The notes under the pieces are model-generated. The model did not search any database and was not told the origin of the DNA. It saw only the letters and a list, made by a program, of their open reading frames with translations. This document shows, piece after piece, positions 18,501-27,800 of a DNA stretch of 39,530 bases (its first letter is position 1; each line of letters begins with the position of its first letter). Position numbers and translations under genes: made by a program. Source of the stretch: an uncultured Pseudomonadota bacterium (GTDB taxonomy: Bacteria; Myxococcota_A; UBA796; GCA-2862545); the NCBI GenBank assembly GCA_937891875.1, contig CALATR010000217.1, positions 1 to 39,530 on the forward strand. The letters are read 5' to 3'.

Positions 18501-19694
18501 ATGGAGTTGCACACCGCATCGCTGTTGTTCAGGCGGGACCAGGCGTCTGCCTGGCCGGACCAGGTCGTCGTCGATCGCAAGCTCGGGCTGCTGGGCGTGG
18601 CCGATCCTGACGTGCACGACTCCCGCGGTCGGGCGGCGGCGCGCATGGCCCTCGACTCGGTCCGCAACCACGTCAAGCGCCACGATGACGTCATCCGCCG
18701 CTTCAACGCCCGACCCGTGCCCGAGCTGCGCACCGAGGTCCTGGGCGTGCTCCAGGAGGCGGTCCAGCGCGCGGCCCAGGAGACCTTCGCCTTCGTGAGG
18801 CGCGGGGACCCGCTGCACATCACCCTGGACGCGGTGCTCGCCCTCGATCACGAGGCCTTCGTCGCCCACGTCGGCGATGGGCGGGTCTACCTGTGCCGGC
18901 GGGGGCTGGTCCACCAGCTGACCACCGACCATCGGGAAGAGGACACCGGACTGCTCGCTGATCCGGAGGCACCCCCCAAGCGGCGGACCCGGGCGCTCGG
19001 ACCGGTGCCCCGGGTGCGGACCGAGACCCTGTGCATGGAGCTCGCCCCGGCCGACCGCCTGGTGATCCTGGCGGGCCCCGTGCCGCGGGTCGTGCCCGAG
19101 ACCACCCTGCACCGGGCGCTGGTCGAGTCTCCCACCGAGGAGCTCGGCGATGCGATCGCCGGCCTGGCGGGCAGCACCAGCGTCGCCGCGGTCCTGGCCC
19201 AGCTCCCCGGACAGGCGGCCCCGACCCGCCGCGAGGGAGCGGAGCGCCTGGCCCTGCTGGCCCCCATGCCGCTCTTCGCCCACTGCACCGAGCTGGAGCT
19301 GCGTGCGGTCGCCGCGGCCACCGTGCCCCGCCGCTACAAGGCCGGCACGCCGCTCTTCCTGCAGGGCGACCCGGGCACCGAGCTCTTCCTGCTGGTCGCG
19401 GGGGAGGTCGACATCGAGAGCGAGCGCGGCGTGCTCGCAACCCTCGAGCCGGGCACGGCGTTCGGCGAGATGGCGCTGCTCGACGAGCCCGCCCGCTCCG
19501 CCACCGCCCGCGCGAGCACCCACGTCGAGGCCCTGGTCATCCCGCGCGAGGCCTTCTTCAGACTGCTCCGGGGCAACCCGCCGCTCGCCGTGAAGATCCT
19601 CTGGAACATGCTGCTGGTGCTGTCCGGCCGCCTGCGCCGCACCAGTGGCGAGCTCGCAAAGCTCCGGGAGAAGCTGGGACTTCAGAGCGCATAG
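18501..19694 (+). CDS. PP2C-like (apparently degenerate) domain fused to a cyclic-nucleotide-binding domain
   Basis: PP2C-like VAHVGDGRVYLCRRGLVHQLTTDH. C-terminal cNMP domain FLQGDPGTELFLLVAGEV...FGEMALLDEPARSATARA. Confidence 0.75.
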   Translation: MELHTASLLFRRDQASAWPDQVVVDRKLGLLGVADPDVHDSRGRAAARMALDSVRNHVKRHDDVIRRFNARPVPELRTEVLGVLQEAVQRAAQETFAFVRRGDPLHITLDAVLALDHEAFVAHVGDGRVYLCRRGLVHQLTTDHREEDTGLLADPEAPPKRRTRALGPVPRVRTETLCMELAPADRLVILAGPVPRVVPETTLHRALVESPTEELGDAIAGLAGSTSVAAVLAQLPGQAAPTRREGAERLALLAPMPLFAHCTELELRAVAAATVPRRYKAGTPLFLQGDPGTELFLLVAGEVDIESERGVLATLEPGTAFGEMALLDEPARSATARASTHVEALVIPREAFFRLLRGNPPLAVKILWNMLLVLSGRLRRTSGELAKLREKLGLQSA

Positions 19695-19722
19695 ACGCTG
19701 ACCGGCGACGGGCTGGGCTGCC

Positions 19723-20556
19723 CTACTCCGGCTTCGCGTTGGGCTCGATGGTGCCGTACAGCCCCATGCCCATGCGCTCCCAGCGCAGGTCCGTGGTCAG
19801 CGCACCGTTGCAGGAGTCGAAGCTGATCCAGATGAAGTGGGCCTTGCCCATGATCAGCTCCTCATCGACGAAGGTCCAGTCGCCGCTGCGGGAGTCGCCG
19901 GAGTTGTCCCGGTTGTCGCCCATCACGAAGACCTTGCCCTCGGGCACGGTGACCGGCCCCGACCAGGCCAGGCCCGAGGGACTGGCGTCGGTCAGCTTGG
20001 CGTGGGTCATGCGCCCGAGGTCTTCTTCCCACAGGGTGGCGCGCTTGGTGCGGCAGTCGTCCTCGTAGACGTACTCGCCCAGCATGCGGCGCTCCTGGAC
20101 CTCGCCGTTGAGCACGATCTGGTTGTTCTGCACCTCGATCGTGTCCCCCGGCACGGCCACCACGCGCTTGATGTAGTGGGTGGCCTTGTCCTTGGGGTAG
20201 CGGAAGACGATGATGTCGCCCCGCTGGGGATCGGCCCAGTCGAGCAGCTCCCAGCGCTGGTAGTTCAGCGGGTTCGGGAACCACAGGCCGTAGCTGTACT
20301 TGGTGACGATGACGTGGTCGCCGATGAGCAGCGTGGGAACCATCGACGTCGACGGAATCGAGAACGGCTGGAAGACGAACGTGCGGATGATGATGATCGC
20401 GAGGATCGCCGGTCCCCACGTCCGCAGCACCTCGAACAGCCAGCCCCCGAACGTACGGGGAGGCTCGTCACCCTCGCCGTCGCCGTCGGACTCGTGCTCT
20501 TCGACGGCCTCGGAGTCGAGCTCCTCGTCTTCCGTCTCGTCCTCTCGCACCACCAC
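19723..20556 (-). CDS. lepB: Signal peptidase I
   Basis: SIPSTSMVPTLLIGDHV (catalytic Ser box), GDIIVFRYP, YIKRVVAVPGDTIEV (Lys box), VFVMGDNRDNSGDSR. Confidence 0.9.
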   Translation of the reverse strand: MVVREDETEDEELDSEAVEEHESDGDGEGDEPPRTFGGWLFEVLRTWGPAILAIIIIRTFVFQPFSIPSTSMVPTLLIGDHVIVTKYSYGLWFPNPLNYQRWELLDWADPQRGDIIVFRYPKDKATHYIKRVVAVPGDTIEVQNNQIVLNGEVQERRMLGEYVYEDDCRTKRATLWEEDLGRMTHAKLTDASPSGLAWSGPVTVPEGKVFVMGDNRDNSGDSRSGDWTFVDEELIMGKAHFIWISFDSCNGALTTDLRWERMGMGLYGTIEPNAKPE

Positions 20557-20692
20557 CTCGCCCGGTGCTTGCCGGGGTGCTGCACACCGGCCAGGGTCGC
20601 GCGTCGTATCGGATCGCCCTCACGAGGGCCACCCGCCCAGACCGACGTGGACGATCGGGGTCGCGGTACCTACCCGTTTGCTGGAGGCGTCG

Positions 20693-21310
20693 ATGATCGA
20701 CCTGCAGGACATCCGGGCGGCCGTGGCCCGCGCACCGAGTCGCGTGGAGCTGCCCGAGGACGGACGCCGGGCGGCGGTCGCAGCGGTCGTGACGCCAGAC
20801 CTGGAGCTGCTGTTCATGTCCCGCGCGGTGTTCGAGGGGGATCCCTGGAGCGGCCAGGTGAGCTTCCCCGGTGGGCGGGTGGAGCCGGACGAGGGCGTGC
20901 TGGACGCCGCCATCCGCGAGACCCTGGAGGAGCTGGGCCTGCCGCTCGATCGCGACTGCCTGCTGGGGGAGCTGGACGAGCTGCAGACGCGGGGCAACCA
21001 GCCCACGCTCGTCATCCGGCCCTACGTCTTCGCGCCCGCCCGGATCCCGCCCCTGCGCCCGAACGAGGAGGTGGCGCGGGTGCATCGGCTGGGCCTGGAC
21101 GCGCTGCTGGCCGGCGCCGGGCGCGGAACGATGCGTCATCCCTGGCGCGAGCACGAGCTGGTGCTGCCGAAGGTGGACTTCGACGGGGTGCGCCTGTGGG
21201 GCCTGACCCTGCACATGGTCGACGACCTGCTCCACCGCCTGGACGGGCGGGGGCGGGGGCTCGCGCGGAGCGGGACGATGGATGCGCGGACACCCTGGGA
21301 AGGGGCGTAG
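20693..21310 (+). CDS. NUDIX hydrolase (CoA pyrophosphatase-like)
   Basis: Internal ATG of track ORF 20300..21310 with GGAGG upstream. NUDIX box GGRVEPDEGVLDAAIRETLEELGL. Confidence 0.85.
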   Translation: MIDLQDIRAAVARAPSRVELPEDGRRAAVAAVVTPDLELLFMSRAVFEGDPWSGQVSFPGGRVEPDEGVLDAAIRETLEELGLPLDRDCLLGELDELQTRGNQPTLVIRPYVFAPARIPPLRPNEEVARVHRLGLDALLAGAGRGTMRHPWREHELVLPKVDFDGVRLWGLTLHMVDDLLHRLDGRGRGLARSGTMDARTPWEGA

Positions 21311-21325
21311 GGAGCCGTCTCTCGG

Positions 21326-21718
21326 CTAGACGGACTCGTGGGGCGGCTCGGTCCGCTCTTCCCGCAGCATCTCCAGCAGGGCCTGCAGGCGGAACGGCTT
21401 CCACAGCACGGTGGCGCCGAGTCGCTCGGCCTCGCGCTCGACCGCGCCGGTGGCCCGACCGGTCACGAGGACCAGGCGCGCGCCGGTGGCCTGAGCCTCG
21501 GCCAGGACGTGCAGCCCCTGGCGATCCCCGAGGCTCTGGTCCGCCAGCACGAGGGTCAGGCGCTCCCCGTTGGCCTCGATCTCCTGCAGCTCTTCTCGGG
21601 CCTGGAAGCCCGACGACGCCGTCCGCACGTGATGGTCGGGCATGGCCATGCGGATGGCCTCCTCCATGATCTGGAGCAGGTCCGGGACGTCATCAACAAT
21701 CAGCACCACGGGGCGCAT
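21326..21718 (-). CDS. Stand-alone CheY-like response-regulator receiver domain
   Basis: MRPVVLIVDDVPD..., phospho-acceptor LVLADQSL, LVLVTG, WKPF. Start set at ATG 21718 (GGAGG upstream) instead of 21763. Confidence 0.85.
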   Translation of the reverse strand: MRPVVLIVDDVPDLLQIMEEAIRMAMPDHHVRTASSGFQAREELQEIEANGERLTLVLADQSLGDRQGLHVLAEAQATGARLVLVTGRATGAVEREAERLGATVLWKPFRLQALLEMLREERTEPPHESV

Positions 21719-21799
21719 GGAACCTCCGTGCGGATCTGTAGCAGGTCGCAGTCTGCTATCCAATGCCGCGGCACGAAAGCGAAATGATGAGGGCAGGTT

Positions 21800-22243
21800 T
21801 CAGGAGTTCTTACGAAACCGGACCTCGCGCACACGGCCCGCAACCATGTCGACCAGCAGCACCCCATCGACGTCGAAGGCGTGGGTGTACTCCAGCAGCT
21901 GCCGTCGGGTCGCGGGTGCGGTCGGCCGCGCTCCGAGCTCTCCCGACTTGACCTCGGCGACGTAGCGGCGGCGCTTGCGGCGCACGATGAGGTCCGCGCG
22001 GCAGGTCACGTCCACCGGGGCGTCATCGACGAAGAGCCGCCAGGAACCGGTCACCTGCCGCTCGAGGATGCGGTAGCCGTGGCGCTCCAGCAGCCGCTCG
22101 GCCTGCGCCTCCGCGTGCTGACCCTGCCGCACCCGACCGCGCGCCACCCACGACCGCCCGATCCGCGTGAGCGTCACGGTGACGAGCACGGCGAGCAGTG
22201 CTGCGGCGGTGGCGGCGAGCGTGAGGAGGAGGGCGTCGGACAT
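21800..22243 (-). CDS. Small TM-anchored protein with a PD-(D/E)xK (YraN/endonuclease-like) motif arrangement
   Basis: Internal ATG 22243 of track ORF 21800..22456. TM helix LLLTLAATAAALLAVLVTVTL. AERLLERHGYRILERQ ... CRADLIV ... YVAEVKSG gives a D...E-x-K pattern. Confidence 0.45.
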   Translation of the reverse strand: MSDALLLTLAATAAALLAVLVTVTLTRIGRSWVARGRVRQGQHAEAQAERLLERHGYRILERQVTGSWRLFVDDAPVDVTCRADLIVRRKRRRYVAEVKSGELGARPTAPATRRQLLEYTHAFDVDGVLLVDMVAGRVREVRFRKNS

Positions 22244-22289
22244 CGGAGAGGAGTAGCGCTGGTGGCGGTCAGGATGTGTCCGGCGGGGC

Positions 22290-22310
22290 GAGTTGCGAGT
22301 TTCGAGTTGC
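22290..22310. repeat. Complementary heptanucleotide array x3 (gagttgc gagtttc gagttgc)
   Basis: Read directly; it is the reverse complement of the GAAACTC-type unit in the right arm. Confidence 0.85.
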
Positions 22311-22645
22311 GAGCCCGGGGGATGGTCCCAGCCTCCGCGGCCGTGGAGCGCGGCGGGTCCAGGCGGTCTGACGGGAGTGGAGGGGCGGTCTCTGGTCGCT
22401 GGTCTCTGGGGCCCTCTGCGATCAGGGGCCCAAGACGTGGTGTCAGGGGTGTCCACAGCCCCCGTTCCGCGGCTCCGTGCACGGATGCTGGGTGCTTGCG
22501 CGGATCACACGACTCTCCGCCCGACACGCCCCCGCTTGGATCAGGCCCCAGAGACCAGAGACCAGGGACCGCCCCGCCACTCCCCTGCCCGCAGCAACGC
22601 CATTCCCCGCCGGACCAACTCGACCCGCCGAAGTCCACGGCCGCG

Positions 22646-22708
22646 GAGACTCGAAACTCGAAACTCGAAACTCGAAACTCGAAACGCGAAACTCGAAACT
22701 CGAGACTC
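22646..22708. repeat. Tandem heptanucleotide array (GAAACTC-type) x9
   Basis: gagactc gaaactc x4 gaaacgc gaaactc x2 gagactc. It starts 15 nt downstream of the stop of CDS 22723..23295 on the minus strand. Confidence 0.95.
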
Positions 22709-22722
22709 GACCTTCTCCGCCG

Positions 22723-23295
22723 CTACTTCTCTTCCTCCCCCTCTCCCGGCGCCCGCCGGCCTGCTCGCCCGCTGCCAGAGATCGCCTCCGCCCAGCGGCT
22801 CGCCTTCTCCGCGAGGTCCGGGTTGTCCATGACCACCTTGCCCACCACGCGGGCCGAGCGGACTGCGGACGAGGCGACACGGCCGGCGCGCTGGAGGGTG
22901 GCGCGGGCCTGACGGGCGCGCTCCTCGACCTGCTCGCGGCCCGTGCGCCAGCGGTCCTGCAGGGCGTCCGCGTCGATCCACGTGTGCATCGGGCCCAGCC
23001 GATCTTCGAGGTCGTCCCAGGACAAGTCGGCGATCTGTCCGCTGGCCTGCAGCCAGGCTTCCTGCACCGCCGTGCCCAGCGCCATGCCCGCGAAGCCGGC
23101 TGCGCTGCGCAGCTCCTCGCGGACCGCGCGCCGGGCCTGGTCCTTCTCCAGGATGAAGGCGTCCATCTGGGTGGTGTCGGCGCTGACGTGGCCGCCGGTC
23201 AGCGAGCGCAGCGGCACGTCCCCGGGGGGGATGGTGACGTCGTCGGGCACCTGCCAGAAGTGTTCCCGGTCGCCGTCGAACCAGACCCGGCTCAC
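22723..23295 (-). CDS. Hypothetical protein, mostly helical and charged
   Basis: 190-aa ORF. Its GTG start overlaps the aminotransferase stop (GTGA at 23292..23295), implying co-translation. No family recognised. Confidence 0.55.
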   Translation of the reverse strand: MSRVWFDGDREHFWQVPDDVTIPPGDVPLRSLTGGHVSADTTQMDAFILEKDQARRAVREELRSAAGFAGMALGTAVQEAWLQASGQIADLSWDDLEDRLGPMHTWIDADALQDRWRTGREQVEERARQARATLQRAGRVASSAVRSARVVGKVVMDNPDLAEKASRWAEAISGSGRAGRRAPGEGEEEK

Positions 23296-24605
23296 GACGA
23301 GCCGCCCTGGCGGAGCAGCGCCTCGATCCGGTCGAGCGCCGCCTCGATGTCCGCGTCGGTGACGGCGCCGATCGAGAAGCGCATCCAGCCGGTGCCCTCA
23401 GGGTAGCCGAAGCTGGTGAACGGCACGACCGCGGTGTGCGCCTGGTGGAGCAGGACGCTGCGGATGTCCTCGTCGGTCTCGACGGTGCGGTCGCCGAAGG
23501 TGCGGCCGTGCAGCGGGAAGCGGGCGGTGACGTACAGCGCGCCCTCGGGCTGCACCGGCTCGACCGGCAGGCCGGCGGCGGACAGGGCAGACAGACGCTC
23601 GTAGATGCGGGTCTGGCGACCGGACACCTTGGTCCGGTAGGCCTCCATCCACGGCCGCATGATGTCGGGCTCGTCCAGGGTGGCGGCGGTCGCGAGCTGG
23701 GGGGCACGGCCGGCCCAGGCGCCCATGTGGCCGACCAGCGCCTTCATCGGAGCCATCAGCCAGGGCGGCGCCACCGCCCAGCCGACCCGCACGCCCGTCG
23801 CCGCCCAGCTCTTGCTGATCGCGTCGACCATGATGGTGTAGCGGGCCATCTCGGGCACACAGCCCACCGGCGTGACGTGCTCGACGTCGTCGAGGGTGAG
23901 CTGCCAGTAGACCATGTCGTACAGCAGGAAGAGCGGGCGCTGACCGGTCTCGTCCCGGCGGCGGTTCTCCGCGACGATCGCCTCGCAGATCTCGGTCATG
24001 GCCTCGCGGGAGATCGCCGTGCCCGACGGGTTCTGCGGGCTGTTGATGATCAGCAGCCGGGCTTCCTGCATGTGCGGCGCGAGGTCGTCTGCGGTGAGCA
24101 TGAAGCCGTGCTCGGGCTTCGCGACCAGCTCGATGCCGTGCGCGAAGTTGAGCGCGATGTAGTACGAGGTGTTCCAGCTGGGCACCTGGTACAGCACCTT
24201 GTCACCGGGGCTGACCAGGCAGGCGAAGGCCGCGTAGATCAAGGGACGAGCGCCACTTCCGACCTGCACCGTGCCCTCGGGGTAGGACAGGCCGAGGTCG
24301 CGGACGTAGTGGCGGCGGATGGCGGCGCGCAGCTGGGGCATGCCCACGGCAGGGGGGTAGTTGTTCTCGCCCGCGTCCTGCAGGCGCTGCTCGTGCTCGA
24401 GGAAGCGGCGCGGGACCGGGAACTCGGACGGGGCGAAGTCGCCGATGGTGAAGTTCGCGATGGGCTCGCCGGCCGCCTGGAGCCCGCGGACCTCATCAGC
24501 GATGGCGAGGATGTGCGACGGCTCCATCTGCATCGCCAGCTGGCTCCGCGTGCGCTCGGGCAGCGTGCCCGGGTCTGCGAACCAGGGATCCAGCGTCGTC
24601 GTCAT
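23292..24605 (-). CDS. Class I/II PLP-dependent aminotransferase
   Basis: Track ORF 23292..24809 trimmed to ATG 24605 (GGAGGG upstream). NYPPAVGMPQLR, VPSWNTSYY, INSPQNPSG, and the PLP-Lys region DAISKSWAATGVRVGW. Confidence 0.85.
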   Translation of the reverse strand: MTTTLDPWFADPGTLPERTRSQLAMQMEPSHILAIADEVRGLQAAGEPIANFTIGDFAPSEFPVPRRFLEHEQRLQDAGENNYPPAVGMPQLRAAIRRHYVRDLGLSYPEGTVQVGSGARPLIYAAFACLVSPGDKVLYQVPSWNTSYYIALNFAHGIELVAKPEHGFMLTADDLAPHMQEARLLIINSPQNPSGTAISREAMTEICEAIVAENRRRDETGQRPLFLLYDMVYWQLTLDDVEHVTPVGCVPEMARYTIMVDAISKSWAATGVRVGWAVAPPWLMAPMKALVGHMGAWAGRAPQLATAATLDEPDIMRPWMEAYRTKVSGRQTRIYERLSALSAAGLPVEPVQPEGALYVTARFPLHGRTFGDRTVETDEDIRSVLLHQAHTAVVPFTSFGYPEGTGWMRFSIGAVTDADIEAALDRIEALLRQGGSS

Positions 24606-24807
24606 CTGCCCTCCAGAAGGCGGCCGGTGTTGTAATCCGCTGGCCTCGCCCCGGCGGGGCCACCTTGTGACATCCCGAAACGAACCGGGTGAACGCGCGA
24701 GGTACGAGGAACACCACCGAGCCTCCGACTTTCGACACCACGTGCCGTAAGGTCGCGCCGCCTCCTCCGTTGGACCTCCCGGAGTTCTCCTGCTGCTGCT
24801 CCTCGCC

Positions 24808-27800
24808 ATGCTGATCCCGTCCGTTGCCCAGCCGATCCCCGATGGCTGGGTGACCGTGGACGGGAGCGTCTACCGCGCCCTCATCGCCGAGGACGAGCCC
24901 GAGGTGGACCCTCGTCAGACCCTGGTCGTCTCCGATCGCGACGTGCGCCTGCGCTGGGACGGCAAGGCGCTTCAGATCCGCTCCGTGTGGCGGCTCGTGC
25001 CCAAGGAACGCACCTGGCTCGACCTGCCGATCGCTGGTCCCCAGGTGCGGGTCGATCGGGTCCTGCTGGGTGGCGTGCTGGCCAAGCTCCGCGTGGAAGG
25101 CGGCTATACGCGCATCACGGCCCAGATCGACCGGCCGGTGGAGCTGGTGCTCGAGGGGGCCGTCGAGGGCGATCCGACCCGCGGCCCCCTGTCGATCCCG
25201 CTCGCCGGAGCGGTGCGGGGACAGGTCGAGATCGCCGTGCCCCAGGGCCTCGAAGGCCGCTTGATCGGCTCCACGGCGGGCGTGCCCGTGCGCGGCACCT
25301 GGCTCACCACCTCCGACCAGCTGTCCCTGCAGGTCGGACCTCCCCAGCGCAAGGCCCGGGACCGGAGCACCCTGGCGGTCGCGAGCGTCGGCATGGGCCT
25401 GACCGTGGGCGACGGCGCCGTGGACGGACGGGCCCAGGTGCGCTGGGCCCTGCGCCAGGGCCGGATGGAGCAGGTCGTGCTCCGCGTCGACGGCGTCGGA
25501 AACGACCTCGAGGTGACCGGCGGCAACGTCGGCCGCGTGGAGCGGCAGGGCAGCCGCGTGGTCGTCACCCTGCGCGAGCCGTCGGAGACCGTGGTCGATC
25601 TGGAGGTGCGCTGGAGCGTGCCCGTGCCCACCGGCGAGAGCGGCCAGGTCGCGGTGCCGCGCATCACCCCTGAAGGCGCCTTCCGCACCGAGGCCTCGCT
25701 CCAGCTCGCCCGCGACGGCACCCTGGAAGTGCTGCCCGAGGTCCCCGGCTGGCAGGCGATCTCCGCGTCGGAGCTCCCCGACTGGGGTGACGATCTGGTC
25801 GCTGGAACGCCGACTGCGGCCTACCGCTCCGCCACCGCGGGCAAGGGCGGCACCCTGGGACTGCTCCGCTTCGTCCCGGCGAGCGGACCGGCGGTCGTGG
25901 TCGACGTCGCCAGCCTCACCATCGCCACCAGCTACGAGGGCCGGACCCTGACCCGGGCCCTCTACACCGTGCGCAACGAGCGCGGTGCCCACCTCGCCGT
26001 GACCCCGCCCGCGGGCTCCACCATCGTCGGTGTGCGCGTCAACGACGGCCCAGTCACCCCGGTCGCCGACGGAGGGCGCTGGCTGGTGCCGCTCCCGCGG
26101 TCGCTCGAGACCGTCGACGGGCTGGTCTCCTTCCCGGTCGAGGTGGTGCTCCTGGGCGACGGCACCCCCTGGATCCGCAAGGAAGGGCGGGAGATCCCGA
26201 TGCCGGTGGTGGACGCGCCGATCGCGGTGAACCGGGTCACCCTGCACCTGCCGCCCACCTACGAGAACGACCTGGACGAGGGCGCCGCCGGCCAGGTCGA
26301 CGAGTTCACCGAGGGCGAGGGCATCGCGTATGGCTTCGGCCTGGGCGACGAGGACGAGGCCCAGGCGGACCAGCTCTGGCAGGACGCCCAGGCGGCGTGG
26401 ATGCGCAACGACTTCGACGAGGCGGACGAGCTGCTCGACGAGCTCGAGGTCATGGGCGCGAGCAACGAGAACCTCGGAAAGCTCCGCTCGAACCTGGATG
26501 TCGTACAGGGGCGTGACGCGACCAAGGCGAAGACCATCCAGGCCCGCCGGGTCCGCGAGCAGGCGAAGAGCCGGGGGCTCGAGGACTACCGCAAGCAGGA
26601 GGAGCTGCTGCGCCAGGCCGAGGAGGAGCTGTCGTCGGGTCAGTACGGCAGCGCCCAGGCCACCTATGAAGAGGTGGCGGAGCTGGCGCAGAAGCTCGAC
26701 AAGCTCGAGCAGGAGGAGTCCTTCGAGCAGAAGGCCACGGTCGACCTCGCCATGCGCAACTCCTCCGCGGCGTCCCAGGGGCAGGTCCGCATGGCCGAGC
26801 TGTCCGGCAAGGACGAGAAGAAGAAGGCGGTCGAGAAGAAGGAGCGCGACCGGGTGCTGGACCGGCTGGCCGAGCAGGCGGATCGGTCCGGCTGGGTCAC
26901 GACGGCGGCGGACTCGGGCAACGTGGCCGACGGCAACGGGATCGTGACCGAGGCGGCCAACGGTCGGCTCGATGGTGACCCGTCCTTCATCCCAGTCGAG
27001 GGTCAGAAGGGCGAGATCACCGAGATCGCCGACGAGATCGAGGCGGAGATCGAGGCCGAGCGCAGGCTCACCAAGGAGTTCCTGGAGCGAGTCCCGTCGG
27101 GTCGGTCCTACCAGGGGGCCCTGGGCGGCGTGGCCGGGGGCGTGGTCGGCGGGGAGGTCGGCGGTGCGGACGGGCTCGCCGGACTCGGCACCACGGGAGT
27201 CGGTCGGGGCGGCGGCGGGAGTGCGGAGACCGTCACCATCTCCAAGGACGAGATCCAGCACATGCCGGAGCCCAGCCCGGACGTCGTCGAGGAGGCGTCG
27301 GTCGACTTCGCCACGAGTCGGCGGACGATCAAGACCCTGCAGCGCCGCAGCGGGCCCCGCGGGGTCGACCTCGGCGGAATCGGCACCGGACGCCGCAAGA
27401 AGCCCAAGGCCCCCAAGGGGTCCGGCGCTCGGGACATGGACCAGGGCAGCTACGACGTCGACATCGCCGACGAGGAAGAGCCCGTGATCCAGTTCGGACG
27501 GGACATGCCGCTCGACGATGACGGCGAGCTCTCCGAGATCGTCGTCGACGCGCCCCCCGCGGCTCCCACGACCGGCTCCTTCTCCTCGGCCGACATGGAC
27601 TTCGAGGACGCCCCCATCGAGGGCAACCTCGCCACCCCCGACGCGTACAAGCTGGAGGCACTGGAAGTGACCTCCACCCGCATGTCGGTCGTCATTCCCG
27701 TCCAGGGAGAGACCCTTCGCTACGAGCACCTCCTCCTGCCCGCTGGCGCCGAGCACGCGGTGCGGATCGAGGCCCGCTCCACCCATCGAGACATCCCAAG

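Larger units (their letters stand above)
22278..22712. repeat. Long imperfect inverted (foldback) repeat: left arm ~22278..22413, right arm ~22544..22712, ~130-bp spacer
   Basis: Complementary blocks read directly. ctccgcggccgtgga (22333..22347) pairs with tccacggccgcggag (22634..22648). cggcgggtc (22351..22359) pairs with gacccgccg (22622..22630). gggagtggaggggcggtctctggtcgctggtctctggggcc (22373..22413) pairs with ggccccagagaccagagaccagggaccgccccgccactccc (22544..22584). Heptamer arrays sit at the outer ends of both arms. Confidence 0.85.

Noticed and set aside
22646-22708. Considered whether the short tandem repeats could be a CRISPR array.
   Set aside because: The units are 7 nt and directly abutting with no spacers, and no cas genes are nearby. 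This is a microsatellite-type array.
22477-23406. Track ORFs crossing the 22.3-22.7 kb gap that contain LETRNSKLETRNSK or RVSSFEFRVSSFE peptide repeats (also 21881..22912, 22293..22832, 22443..22880, 22541..23707).
   Set aside because: The 7-aa periodicity is just 3 x the 7-nt DNA repeat. All frames on both strands are open here, the composition is not coding-like, and the ORFs overlap the well-supported CDS 22723..23295.
24648-24660. 13-bp GC palindrome gccccg-g-cggggc in the divergent aminotransferase/P1 promoter region.
   Set aside because: Short GC-only palindromes are expected by chance at this base composition. It has no flanking half-site repeats or recognisable promoter context.
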